NCBI GenBank assembly: GCA_047610025.1 | Contig: JBLFZA010000001.1 | Coordinates: 1-54,779 of the forward strand | Source of the DNA: Bradymonadia bacterium | Lineage (GTDB): Bacteria > Myxococcota_A > Bradymonadia > REDH01 | Direction of reading: 5' to 3' | Length of the DNA stretch: 54,779 nucleotides | Shown: piece by piece, positions 1 to 8,567 of the stretch | Layout of the letters: every line of letters starts with the position of its first letter | Numbering within the stretch: the first letter of the stretch is position 1 | The notes under the pieces: generated by a model | What the model saw: only the letters and a program-made list of their open reading frames with translations | What the model was told of the DNA's origin: nothing | The model's database searches: none | Position numbers and translations under genes: made by a program

Positions 1-1043
1 CGCGCGGTGTACTGCAGGAACGTGATCAGCACCCCAACACTGACGAGCCCAGCTTGTGCGCGATCGTAGGCGAGCATGAGCACGCCAGCCGTCGCGAGAG
101 CGGAGGTCATCATCATCACGGGACGGAGAATACCCCACGCCTGAATGACGCTGCGCGTCGCGCTCTGGTGCGCCATTGTGAGTGCTTCGAACTCGGCCGC
201 TCGGCGGGGCTCGCGCCGGTAGATGTGGTTCTCACGCATGCCGGCTATGTTCTCGGCCCACCACGCATTCATGCGGCTTTGCGCCGCAGCCGAGGTGCGA
301 AGGCCGGGCCGACCGAAGTGGCGATAGCCGAGAGCTGCCCCGATGAGGATCGGCATAGCCGAGGCGAGCACGAGGGTCAGCCACGGATCGAGCGCGAACA
401 TCACGGCGAAGAGCACACCGAGGAACGCGATGTCTCGTACGCCTTGCGCAAATGCGTCGGCGAAGAGCTCGGAGAGGCTTTGAATGTCAAACGTCGTGCG
501 GTTGACGAGCCGCCCAATCGGGTTCTTGTGAATGAACCCCATGTCCATGCGCGTGATGTGATTGAAGACCTCCTTACGCAGATCGTGAACGACGTGTTGG
601 CCGAGCCGCTGCATCAGGTAGGTCGTCGTGACGGCGACCACCCAGCGAAAAAGCCAAACGCATCCGACCGCTAGGCCAAGAACGATAATCACCCGCGCGG
701 GCTCGACGGTGTTCGTCGCATCGAGCACCCACTGCGCTCCTCGGTCGAGTAGTCCGCCTTGTCTCTGCCTGCCGGCGATTGCATCGAGCGCATAGCCGAC
801 CGTGAAGGCTGGGAGCGTCATCGCGAAGGCCTCGACGAGCGCGAGCAGTACGGCGCTCGTGGCCTCTAGTCGGTGGGGTCTGAGGTAGCTGAGCAAGCGC
901 CAGAGCATCGCCGTGTCGAGCGACTCGCTCGCGATGCGCTCCTCTTCGAGCATTTGGCGCAGGATGGGATCGGCGGCCACCGCGGCGGCCTCACGCTCCA
1001 CCCGGCTGAGCTTGTGCGATGGAGGTGTTGGAGGGCTGCTCAT
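1..1043 (-). CDS. ABC exporter permease/ATP-binding protein, N-terminal transmembrane part (gene runs off the left edge)
   Basis: Absent from the ORF track because it is edge-truncated. My reverse translation from ATG 1043..1041 gives MSSPPTPPSHKLSRVEREAAAVAADPILRQMLEEERIASESLDTAMLWRLLSYLRPHRLEATSAVLLALVEAFAMTLPAFTVGYALD... and the segments I checked are stop-free, ending ...LITFLQYTAR at nt 1. This is a type-1 ABC exporter TMD pattern. The start overlaps the upstream stop (ATGA, 1040-1043). Confidence 0.8.
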   Translation of the reverse strand, partial: MSSPPTPPSHKLSRVEREAAAVAADPILRQMLEEERIASESLDTAMLWRLLSYLRPHRLEATSAVLLALVEAFAMTLPAFTVGYALDAIAGRQRQGGLLDRGAQWVLDATNTVEPARVIIVLGLAVGCVWLFRWVVAVTTTYLMQRLGQHVVHDLRKEVFNHITRMDMGFIHKNPIGRLVNRTTFDIQSLSELFADAFAQGVRDIAFLGVLFAVMFALDPWLTLVLASAMPILIGAALGYRHFGRPGLRTSAAAQSRMNAWWAENIAGMRENHIYRREPRRAAEFEALTMAHQSATRSVIQAWGILRPVMMMTSALATAGVLMLAYDRAQAGLVSVGVLITFLQYTA

Positions 1044-2881
1044 GGGCGAACCTCGCCGTGCGTATCCGTGCCCGCGTCGTTGTCCGCGTCGTTGTCCGCG
1101 TCTTGGCGGCCTTGCTCTTCCGCGAGGGCCGCGTAGCTGCCGCCGAACGCGATGAGTTCTTGGTGGGTGCCGGACTCCATGATTTGTCCCGCGTCGAGCA
1201 CAATCACCCGGTCGCACCCTTGCACCGCGCAGACCCGATGGGAGATGATGATGCCCGTTCGGCCCGCGAACATCTCGCGGAGAGAGGCGAGAATCGCCTC
1301 TTCCGTCTTCGCATCGACAGCGCTCAAGCAGTCGTCCAAGATCAGCACCCTCGGGTCCGTCGCCAAGGTTCGTGCGATCGCGAGTCTCTGCCGTTGCCCA
1401 CCGGAGAGGTTCACGCCGCGTTCGCCGAGCATGGTGTCGTACCCATCAGACAGCTCGAGCAGCTCATCGTGAAGCTGAGATTGTCGGGCGAACGCGTGGA
1501 CCTGTTCAAGAGAGACGTTTCGCCCAACGGCGATGTTTCGCGCGACGGTGTCGCTGAACAAGAAGGTGTCTTGTGGCGCCAGGACCACGGTCTCTCGGAT
1601 GGACCCCAGTCGCGCGTCGCGTACGTCGATACCGTCGATGAACACCGTGCCGCGAGGTGGGTTGTAGAGTCGCACCAAAAGCGACGCCAGAGTGGACTTT
1701 CCGCCCGCGACGGGGCCGATAATCCCGAGCGTCTCACCCGGTTGTAGGGCTAAGGTCACACCGCTCAGCGCGGGGCTCTCTGCGCCGGGATAGGTGAAGT
1801 GGATGTCTCTCAGTTCTATGGCCCCCACTCCGGGGAGGTCCACCGCGCCAGCGTCGTCGAAAACCGTCTCTGGCGTCGCCAACAGCGTGTCAATGCGGCG
1901 AAGAGAGGCTCGGCCTCGCTGGAAGAGGCTAACCGACCAGCCGAAGCCCATCATCGGGCCAGAGAGGTAGTCGACGAGGAAGAGGAACGCGACGAAGGTG
2001 CCCACAGAGATTTCGCCCCGGACGACGCTTAGGCCACCAAAGATGAGCACCAAGACGGTGGACATGCCGAGCATGAGATTCAGCGTCGGCATCAGCAGTG
2101 AGCGAATCTTCGCGAGCTCCAGGTTGATCTGCAAATGCTGCTGCGAGCGGGCATCAAAGCGTCGCCGATCGTGGTCTTCGCGCGCGTAGCCCTGCAGAAT
2201 TCTCAGACCGGCGTAACTCTCCCGCACCCGCTCTGTGAGGGACGCGAGGTCGTCTTGCACCGCACCGAAGCGCTTGTACTCATGGTGCGACAGCCAGTTC
2301 GTGACGATCGCAATGATAGGTAGCGGTATCATCGCGATGAGCGTGAGCTGCCACGACAACGAGAGCAGCACGAGGATGACCAAGGTGGCGATCATGAGGG
2401 TGTCGGAGCCGACCAGAACACCGGGGCCCAGCATCATCCGGGTCGCCTGAATGTCGCTGGTCGCGTGCGACATCAGATCGCCGCTGCGGGCTTTGTCGTA
2501 GAATGGCTGAGCGAGGCGGAGGAACTTCGCTGTCATTGTGTTGCGAAGGCCTTGCCCAATCTGATGCGAGGGTACGGCGACGTTCATCAGCATGGGGTAG
2601 CGCCCGGCGTTTGAAAGCAGGTGCAGCGCTAGGTAGGCGACGATGGCTGAGATCATCGTGAACGCGGCCGCGTCGAGCCCAACGAGGCGCATTAGCAGCG
2701 GCGTCTCGGGGGCGGGTCCGCCTAACGCGGTAGCCGTGAGGTCTACGGCGACGGCAAGAAACACCGGCGAGAGCGCATCGCATGCGTTCACGATGAAGAG
2801 CGCGGCCAACCCTCGAAGGTAGCGACTACGTTCGGGCCGAATGAGCTCGCGGATGCGGCTCGCATCCTTCCGAAGACTCAT
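1040..2881 (-). CDS. ABC exporter fused permease/ATP-binding protein (MsbA/MdlB-like)
   Basis: 613-aa ORF with an N-terminal 6-TM region, Walker A GPVAGGKST, signature LSGGQRQR and Walker B VLILDD. The acidic C-terminal tail DADNDADNDAGTD is encoded by a 12-bp tandem repeat near 1074-1111. Confidence 0.95.
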   Translation of the reverse strand: MSLRKDASRIRELIRPERSRYLRGLAALFIVNACDALSPVFLAVAVDLTATALGGPAPETPLLMRLVGLDAAAFTMISAIVAYLALHLLSNAGRYPMLMNVAVPSHQIGQGLRNTMTAKFLRLAQPFYDKARSGDLMSHATSDIQATRMMLGPGVLVGSDTLMIATLVILVLLSLSWQLTLIAMIPLPIIAIVTNWLSHHEYKRFGAVQDDLASLTERVRESYAGLRILQGYAREDHDRRRFDARSQQHLQINLELAKIRSLLMPTLNLMLGMSTVLVLIFGGLSVVRGEISVGTFVAFLFLVDYLSGPMMGFGWSVSLFQRGRASLRRIDTLLATPETVFDDAGAVDLPGVGAIELRDIHFTYPGAESPALSGVTLALQPGETLGIIGPVAGGKSTLASLLVRLYNPPRGTVFIDGIDVRDARLGSIRETVVLAPQDTFLFSDTVARNIAVGRNVSLEQVHAFARQSQLHDELLELSDGYDTMLGERGVNLSGGQRQRLAIARTLATDPRVLILDDCLSAVDAKTEEAILASLREMFAGRTGIIISHRVCAVQGCDRVIVLDAGQIMESGTHQELIAFGGSYAALAEEQGRQDADNDADNDAGTDTHGEVRP

Positions 2882-2884
2882 AAG

Positions 2885-3373
2885 CTAGGGCCGTCCCGTC
2901 TGGTTCCACTTCCGGACCTCAAGACGCGACGCGCGCCGAACAGCGGCCGCTTCGTAGCGATGATTGTCCCTCGGGTCAGAGCCTGGGGAGAACGTCGGCA
3001 CCGCGCGTGGGCGCCCGGAGCCATCGACGGCGACGAAGGTGAAGTAGGCTGTGCAGCAGTGGTCGCGCGTGCCGGTTGTCAGGTCTTCGCTCTCCACGCG
3101 CACGCCTACCTCCATTGAGGTGCGCCACGCGCGATTCACCTGCGAACGAAGCACAACGACCATTCCCTGGCGTACCGGCCGAAGGAAATCGAGTTGGTCC
3201 ATCGAGGCGGTCACGGCTTCGCCTCGGCAGAAGCGCTGAGCGGCGACGGCGGCGCAAATGTCGGCCCACGCCGCGATTTGCCCGCCGAACGCAGTACCGA
3301 GCGCGTTCGTATGGCTCGGCAGCACGATTTGCGTCATCTCGACGCGGGTCTGTTCGATAGGGACGGTCGTCAT
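2885..3373 (-). CDS. Acyl-CoA thioesterase, hotdog fold (YciA/acyl-CoA hydrolase-like)
   Basis: MTTVPIEQTRVEMTQIVLPSHTNALGTAFGGQIAAWADICAAVAA...MDQLDFLRPV is a typical acyl-CoA hydrolase pattern. I place the start at ATG 3373, where similarity begins; the 233-aa track ORF has an implausible N-extension. The stop lies 3 nt upstream of the ABC gene start, so the two are probably in one operon. Confidence 0.85.
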   Translation of the reverse strand: MTTVPIEQTRVEMTQIVLPSHTNALGTAFGGQIAAWADICAAVAAQRFCRGEAVTASMDQLDFLRPVRQGMVVVLRSQVNRAWRTSMEVGVRVESEDLTTGTRDHCCTAYFTFVAVDGSGRPRAVPTFSPGSDPRDNHRYEAAAVRRASRLEVRKWNQTGRP

Positions 3374-3587
3374 AGCAAAGCGTCTCACGGGCTGTGGCAG
3401 GTGTTCTGAACACGTTGTGCACGCACTTGCAACCGAGGAGCACGGTTCCCAACGCGCGTCGATGAGGCGCGTGAGGGGCGCCGATTCACGGGGGGACACC
3501 TGCGCACAAGCTATACGGGTTTCGCGTCCTCGGATGCCGCGTGCTAGACTCTCGCACTCCATTGTCCCCCCGCTGCAGAGACTCACG

Positions 3588-5666
3588 ATGAGTGACGAGA
3601 TCCCTCATTTTCTCGCGAACACTGAGTTGTTTGCGCACGTGCCGATTGAGATGCTGGAGAAGATTGCGCCTGCGTGTCAGGTGCAGCGCTTCTTCCAGAA
3701 CGTGATTGTGTTCGAGCAGAACACCGTCGCTGAGCATCTCTATCTGGTCTACAGCGGCTCGGTTGCGCTTCGGCGTCGCGACTCGTTGACCGGCATGGAG
3801 TTTCTGCTCGCGCTCTACGGCGCCGGTAAGAGTTTTGGTGAGGAGGGCGTCATCACGGATTCTCCCTACCCATTCTCCGCTCAGGCGACGGAGGAGACTC
3901 ATCTGCTGGCGATTCACAAGAACGACGTGCGCAAGATGATGCAGACGTTGCCCCAAGTGAGCATCGCCAGCGCTCAAATCATGGCGCGTCGGACCAACCG
4001 TTTTGTGGCGGAGAAGGGTGTTCGATACATCTCGCTTGGCAAGTTGAACGTGGATCCGGAGGTGCTCAAGCTGCTGCCGGAGCGCTTGATTCGAGAGCAT
4101 AAGCTGCTGCCCGTCGCGCAGCGCGGCAAGACACTCACCGTCGCGATGGTCGATCCCCACAACCTCGTCGCGTACGATGAGGTGCAGCGGGCCGCTCGTG
4201 AAATGTACATCGAGCCGGTCGGAATCGCCGAGTCAGACTTCGAGAAGTTCATTCGCGTGAGCCTATCCGGCGAAGCGGTGAGCGAGGGAGAGCATGTTTT
4301 AGCGGCGCTGCCACAGCGAAACTACAACATGCGGTTTGTTCAAGAAGGCGCTGAAAATATTTCAGAAGCTGAGCGCACGGCGCAGGTCCGTGGTGACGAG
4401 GTTATCCAGATCCTGAACCAAGTGTTCGGGGACGCGTTGCTGCTTGACGCCAGTGACATCCACATGGAGCCCCATCCCGAAGAAGTCGTCGTACGGTATC
4501 GCATCGACGGCAAACTGATGCGGAGGGCGGAGACCATTCCAGCGCGTTTTCACAACGCGTTGGTCAGCCGAGTAAAGGCGCTCGCGAGCATGGACATCAC
4601 TGAGCGTCGTCGCCCTGCGGATGGTCGCTTGGGGATCATGTTTAACAACAACGAAGTGTCCCTTCGTTTATCGACCGTGCCGACGCGCTTTGGGGAGAAC
4701 CTGGTCGTCCGAGTGCTCGATCGTTCGAACGCGTTGATGAGTCTCGACCGCATCGTGCTCGTGCCGGGCGTGCGCGAGATGATTCGCAACCTCATCTTCC
4801 AGCCTCACGGCATCGTCCTCGTTACGGGGCCAACCGGTTCGGGCAAGACGACGACGATGTACTCCGCAATCCTCGAGCGGAAGGATGAGGGCGTGAATAT
4901 TGTCACAATCGAAGACCCAATTGAGTATACAATTCCGGGAATTACGCAGGTGCAGTTCAACGATAATGTTGGATTGGACTATGCCAACGCGGTCCGCTCC
5001 TTCCTGCGACAAGACACCGACATCATGCTCATCGGCGAGACCCGCGATGCGCGAACTGCCCACAACGCGATGCAGGCCGCGCTCTCCGGGCACCTCGTCG
5101 TCACTTCGCTGCATACCAACTCAGCGCTCGGTTCGATTTATCGCCTGAAGGAGATGGGCATCGAGCAGTTCCTGCTCGCGAACGCGCTATCGGGCGTCAT
5201 CGCGCAGCGACTGGTGAGAACCGTCTGCCCCGATTGTCGCGAACCCGCACAGTACAGTCCGGTGATTCTTGGTAAGATTTACCATGAGGGTGAAGAGGTT
5301 CCGCAGCTCTATCAGGGCGCTGGCTGCGCTCGCTGCAACGACACCGGCTACCGGGGCCGAACGGCGATGATTGAGATTCTGCAAATCACCGAAGAGCTCC
5401 GCACCGAAATCGCAGCGGGCGCGAGCATGGCGGATCTCCGCGCGGTGGCCAATCGTGGAGGTATGGTGACATTCCGCGATTACGCACGCTTCTTACTCAG
5501 TCGTGGCTTGACGACGCCTCATGAGGTGCTCCGTGTGCTCTTTATCGAGCAGGACGTCGCGAGCATTGAGGCGGCCAGTCAGAAGTGCGGTTCGTGTGGG
5601 CACATCAGCTCCCGCGGGAACAAGTTCTGCGAAGAGTGTGGTCACAGCCTCGAAGACGAGGCCTAG
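3588..5666 (+). CDS. GspE/PilB-family secretion ATPase with N-terminal cyclic-nucleotide-binding domain and C-terminal zinc ribbon
   Basis: Start chosen at MSDEIPHF (ATG 3588). The cNMP-binding-like region reads FAHVPIEMLEKIAP...LYLVYSGSVALRR...FGEEGV. A T2SSE_N/MshEN-like segment follows (LGKLNVDPEVLKLLPERLIREHKLLPV). ATPase motifs: Walker A GPTGSGKTTT, Asp box TIEDPIE, Walker B DIMLIGETRD, His box GHLVVTSLHTN. Tetracysteine CPDC...CARC is present, plus an extra CGSCGH..FCEECGH. Confidence 0.9.
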   Translation: MSDEIPHFLANTELFAHVPIEMLEKIAPACQVQRFFQNVIVFEQNTVAEHLYLVYSGSVALRRRDSLTGMEFLLALYGAGKSFGEEGVITDSPYPFSAQATEETHLLAIHKNDVRKMMQTLPQVSIASAQIMARRTNRFVAEKGVRYISLGKLNVDPEVLKLLPERLIREHKLLPVAQRGKTLTVAMVDPHNLVAYDEVQRAAREMYIEPVGIAESDFEKFIRVSLSGEAVSEGEHVLAALPQRNYNMRFVQEGAENISEAERTAQVRGDEVIQILNQVFGDALLLDASDIHMEPHPEEVVVRYRIDGKLMRRAETIPARFHNALVSRVKALASMDITERRRPADGRLGIMFNNNEVSLRLSTVPTRFGENLVVRVLDRSNALMSLDRIVLVPGVREMIRNLIFQPHGIVLVTGPTGSGKTTTMYSAILERKDEGVNIVTIEDPIEYTIPGITQVQFNDNVGLDYANAVRSFLRQDTDIMLIGETRDARTAHNAMQAALSGHLVVTSLHTNSALGSIYRLKEMGIEQFLLANALSGVIAQRLVRTVCPDCREPAQYSPVILGKIYHEGEEVPQLYQGAGCARCNDTGYRGRTAMIEILQITEELRTEIAAGASMADLRAVANRGGMVTFRDYARFLLSRGLTTPHEVLRVLFIEQDVASIEAASQKCGSCGHISSRGNKFCEECGHSLEDEA

Positions 5667-5672
5667 CGATCG

Positions 5673-7730
5673 CTAGTTCGGGCCCGTCGCCGGTTCCGCT
5701 GGCGGCGGTGTGCGGACGCCCCACAAGAGCCAAAATCCAAGCGCGCATCCGACAAGGCCTGCCAACGCGGTGATGGCGACTGTGGCTGGCGCGATGTCTG
5801 CGGAGACGGCGTCAGCACCTGCGAAGAAGATGAGGGCCACCGCGATGCCATTGTTGATCGCGTGGAAGAGCACGCTCGTCCAGATGCTGCGCGTTCGCCA
5901 AGCAAGCACACCCATAACAATGCCCAACATCGCCGTGCCGGCGAAACGGTAGATCGAGAGGTGAAACGCGCCGAAGGCAATCGCGGTCGCCGCGACACAT
6001 ACGGTCGGAGAAACACGATCTCGCAGCGACGTGAAGAGATACCCGCGGAATATCGCCTCTTCACATATCGCTGGTGAGACACTGAAAAGCAGAACGAGCA
6101 GAATCCAGTCGATGGCGGAATCAGGCGTGCCGAAAAACTGTGCCATCTCTTCGGCCATACCGTCGGGAGTCGGCAGCACGACTTCGACGAGCGTGTTGAC
6201 GCCATTGACGACCCAGAGGGCGGACACTCCGAGCAAGACCGTCGCGAAGAGCGCTCGGGGAGAGGGGGCGCGCAGCTGAAAGGTGTGCCGCATGTCGACC
6301 TTGCTGTACCAAGCGAGGAAGAGCGTGGGTGCCAGCAGCGCGATCCAGAGCGTCGCCGCGAGTCCTATCTGCGGACTCATGCGCTGCCAGGTGGCGCCGA
6401 CGTAGAAGAGCAGCAGAAATGTGATCGCCCCCCAAGCGAGGCCGGCGCTCATCGAAGGCACACTGGTGCGCGCGATCTCGGAGCGTTTGGGGAACACCGT
6501 GAGCGAGGCCCGCTCGCCGAAGATGACGCTCTCTTGTCCGAAGAGTCGGGCCGCCATCAGCAGGGCGAGCGCCGTCCAAACGAGTGACGCAATCGTCGTT
6601 GTCACCAGCGGGCCAATCGAGACACCATCGAGCAGGAGCGATTTCATCAAGACGACCGCTCCGACCCCCGGAATCGTCCCGAGAATTGTTGAGTACTCGA
6701 CTCCCGGGAGCTGCGCCAAAACGCCTGGGACGATGCACAGAAGGTAGACCGGCGTGATGTACGTCTGTGCTTCTTTGAACGAACGAGCCAGTACGGCGAC
6801 GGCCAAGAGAACCGCAGAGAAAAGTAATGAAATCAGAAAGATGTTCCACATCAGTGCAAGTACTAGTGGAAAGCTCAAAGCGAGGTCGAATTCCGACGCA
6901 AGGTCGCCAGCGAGGTTCAGGCCTTGGCCAATCACCAGCACGATGCTCACCAGGTTTGCGAACCCCGAAATCATCGCGATGCACACGACAGCGAGGTACT
7001 TGCCCGCTACGATCTCTGACTCCGCAATCGGCGCGGTGAACAGCGTCTGAATGCTCCCGCGTTCCTTCTCGCCGGCGGTCAGATCGATCGCCGGGTAGTA
7101 GGCCCCGAGCAGTACGGTGACGATTACGAAGAGAGGGAGAATTGCGCCGAGGAGGTAGCCGCCTTGCTGTTGCTCACTGCTGTGGTTGACCAGCTGCGGC
7201 TGGATCGGCTCAACGAAGCTCTCGGAGAGGCCCTGCATAAGGAGCCGACGAGTCAACTCCGTTTGAGTGAGTTCGGTCAGCGCGGTCTCAATGCGGTCCA
7301 TCGCCTGCCGGCTCTCTTCGCTGATGCTTTGGAAGTGCAGCGAGACGGGAAAGGTCTGGGTGATAGACGGGACGGATGGCCAGGAGCGCGCGTCGATGAT
7401 GAGGTCGACGCGATGGGCAAAGGGGTCGCCGACGTCGTCCCCGCTCCCCTCGAGCATGGCGTCACCCTGAGGAAGGTCGACGAGCATCACCATCTCGGCG
7501 TCCACGAGCGCCACGCGGAGCGGATGGTCGGCGGCTGCGCCAATGAGGGCGACCGCGGATGGTTGCTCTTCGAGCTGTTCCATCTGCACCGATGTCGCTT
7601 GGGACACGAGCAGCAGCAGCGCGGGGTAAAGCAGAATGGGAAGCGCGACCATGAGGAAGAGAGTCCGGCGATCGCGCAGCGACTCTTTCAACTCCTTCTT
7701 GGTGATAATCCAAGCCGTTGAGAACTTCAT
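5673..7730 (-). CDS. ABC-2 type (NatB-like) permease fused to a C-terminal CPBP-family intramembrane protease domain
   Basis: The N-terminus MKFSTAWIITKKELKESLRDRRTLFLMVALPILLYP is typical of ABC-2/NatB permeases, followed by a large extracytoplasmic loop and multiple TMs. The C-terminal ~120 aa carry the CPBP motifs EEAIFRGY, FGAFH and HAINN. ATGA overlap with the upstream ATPase gene. Confidence 0.85.
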   Translation of the reverse strand: MKFSTAWIITKKELKESLRDRRTLFLMVALPILLYPALLLLVSQATSVQMEQLEEQPSAVALIGAAADHPLRVALVDAEMVMLVDLPQGDAMLEGSGDDVGDPFAHRVDLIIDARSWPSVPSITQTFPVSLHFQSISEESRQAMDRIETALTELTQTELTRRLLMQGLSESFVEPIQPQLVNHSSEQQQGGYLLGAILPLFVIVTVLLGAYYPAIDLTAGEKERGSIQTLFTAPIAESEIVAGKYLAVVCIAMISGFANLVSIVLVIGQGLNLAGDLASEFDLALSFPLVLALMWNIFLISLLFSAVLLAVAVLARSFKEAQTYITPVYLLCIVPGVLAQLPGVEYSTILGTIPGVGAVVLMKSLLLDGVSIGPLVTTTIASLVWTALALLMAARLFGQESVIFGERASLTVFPKRSEIARTSVPSMSAGLAWGAITFLLLFYVGATWQRMSPQIGLAATLWIALLAPTLFLAWYSKVDMRHTFQLRAPSPRALFATVLLGVSALWVVNGVNTLVEVVLPTPDGMAEEMAQFFGTPDSAIDWILLVLLFSVSPAICEEAIFRGYLFTSLRDRVSPTVCVAATAIAFGAFHLSIYRFAGTAMLGIVMGVLAWRTRSIWTSVLFHAINNGIAVALIFFAGADAVSADIAPATVAITALAGLVGCALGFWLLWGVRTPPPAEPATGPN

Positions 7731-8476
7731 GTGGCCCTCTCCTTGTCATCTCGTTGCACGAGGTCGAGGAACGCGCGCGAAAGGCTCGAGGCACCGGCCG
7801 CGGATTTCAGGTCATCCACGGACCCGCGTGCGATGACGACACCGCGGTTGATGAGTACGACGCGGTCGCAGATGAGCTCCACCTCGCCCATGATGTGGGT
7901 GCTGAACAGGACCGCGTGGCCTTGGTCCGCGAGGGACCGCATTTGGTCCAGGATGAACTGGCTTGAGACGAGATCCAGCCCGGACGTCGGCTCGTCGAGC
8001 ACCACGACCGGCGGATTGTGAAGCAGCGTTCTCGCCAAGCTGACGCGTTGCTTCTGCCCGGTAGAGAGGTTGCCGCAGAGTCGGTCATCAAACTCGTCGA
8101 TGCCGAATTGAGCGACGAGCGTGCGAATCCGTTCATCTAGTGTTAGTTTTGGGATGTGGTGTAGCTGTCCAAAATAACGAAGGAATTCGGTCGGAGTTAG
8201 CCGGCCATAGATGCCGGTGTCGCCCGTTTGGTATCCGAGTGAAGCCCGAACCTTGAGAGGCTCTTCAACGGCGTCGTGACCCGCGACGCTGACCCGACCA
8301 CGGTCCGGAGCGATCAGAGTGGCGAGCATCCGCAGTGTGGTGGTCTTGCCTGCGCCGTTTGGTCCAAGAAGCCCAACGACCTCTCCCTGGTTCACCTGGA
8401 AACTGATTCCGTCGACCGCGCGAACGCTGCCGTAGTGCCGCACCACGTCGTGAACCTCGATTGTCGGCTTCGTCAT
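7727..8476 (-). CDS. ABC transporter ATP-binding protein (NatA-like)
   Basis: Walker A GPNGAGKTTT, signature LSTGQKQRVSLA, Walker B VVVLDEPTSGLD, H-loop STHIM. Confidence 0.95.
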   Translation of the reverse strand: MTKPTIEVHDVVRHYGSVRAVDGISFQVNQGEVVGLLGPNGAGKTTTLRMLATLIAPDRGRVSVAGHDAVEEPLKVRASLGYQTGDTGIYGRLTPTEFLRYFGQLHHIPKLTLDERIRTLVAQFGIDEFDDRLCGNLSTGQKQRVSLARTLLHNPPVVVLDEPTSGLDLVSSQFILDQMRSLADQGHAVLFSTHIMGEVELICDRVVLINRGVVIARGSVDDLKSAAGASSLSRAFLDLVQRDDKERAT

Positions 8477-8567
8477 CGCGATACTCCTACTGGGGAGTAA
8501 CGGTTTTGGCGCGCTCGCGCCGACGACGCAATAGCCTTGGCAGAGCAGCCCTCGCGCAGAGCCGGGC

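Noticed and set aside
54-674. 206-aa plus-strand ORF at the left edge, plus 1019..1747 (+), 9273..10169 (-), 15465..16265 (+), 3486..4160 (-), 6121..6984 (-) and 12180..12785 (-)
   Set aside because: All lie antisense to, or out of frame with, genes that carry clear family motifs (ABC exporters, histidine kinase, methyltransferase, GspE ATPase, ABC-2 permease, FGE protein). Their Arg/Pro/Ala-rich composition is typical of non-coding frames in high-GC DNA.
3258-3587. N-terminal extension of the ATPase ORF (802-aa version). Similar extensions occur at 21063-21308, 26510-26608, 31681-31737, 11597-11869 and 3374-3586.
   Set aside because: The extensions overlap neighbouring genes or divergent promoter regions and have atypical composition. 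Recognisable homology or signal peptides begin at the internal starts I chose.
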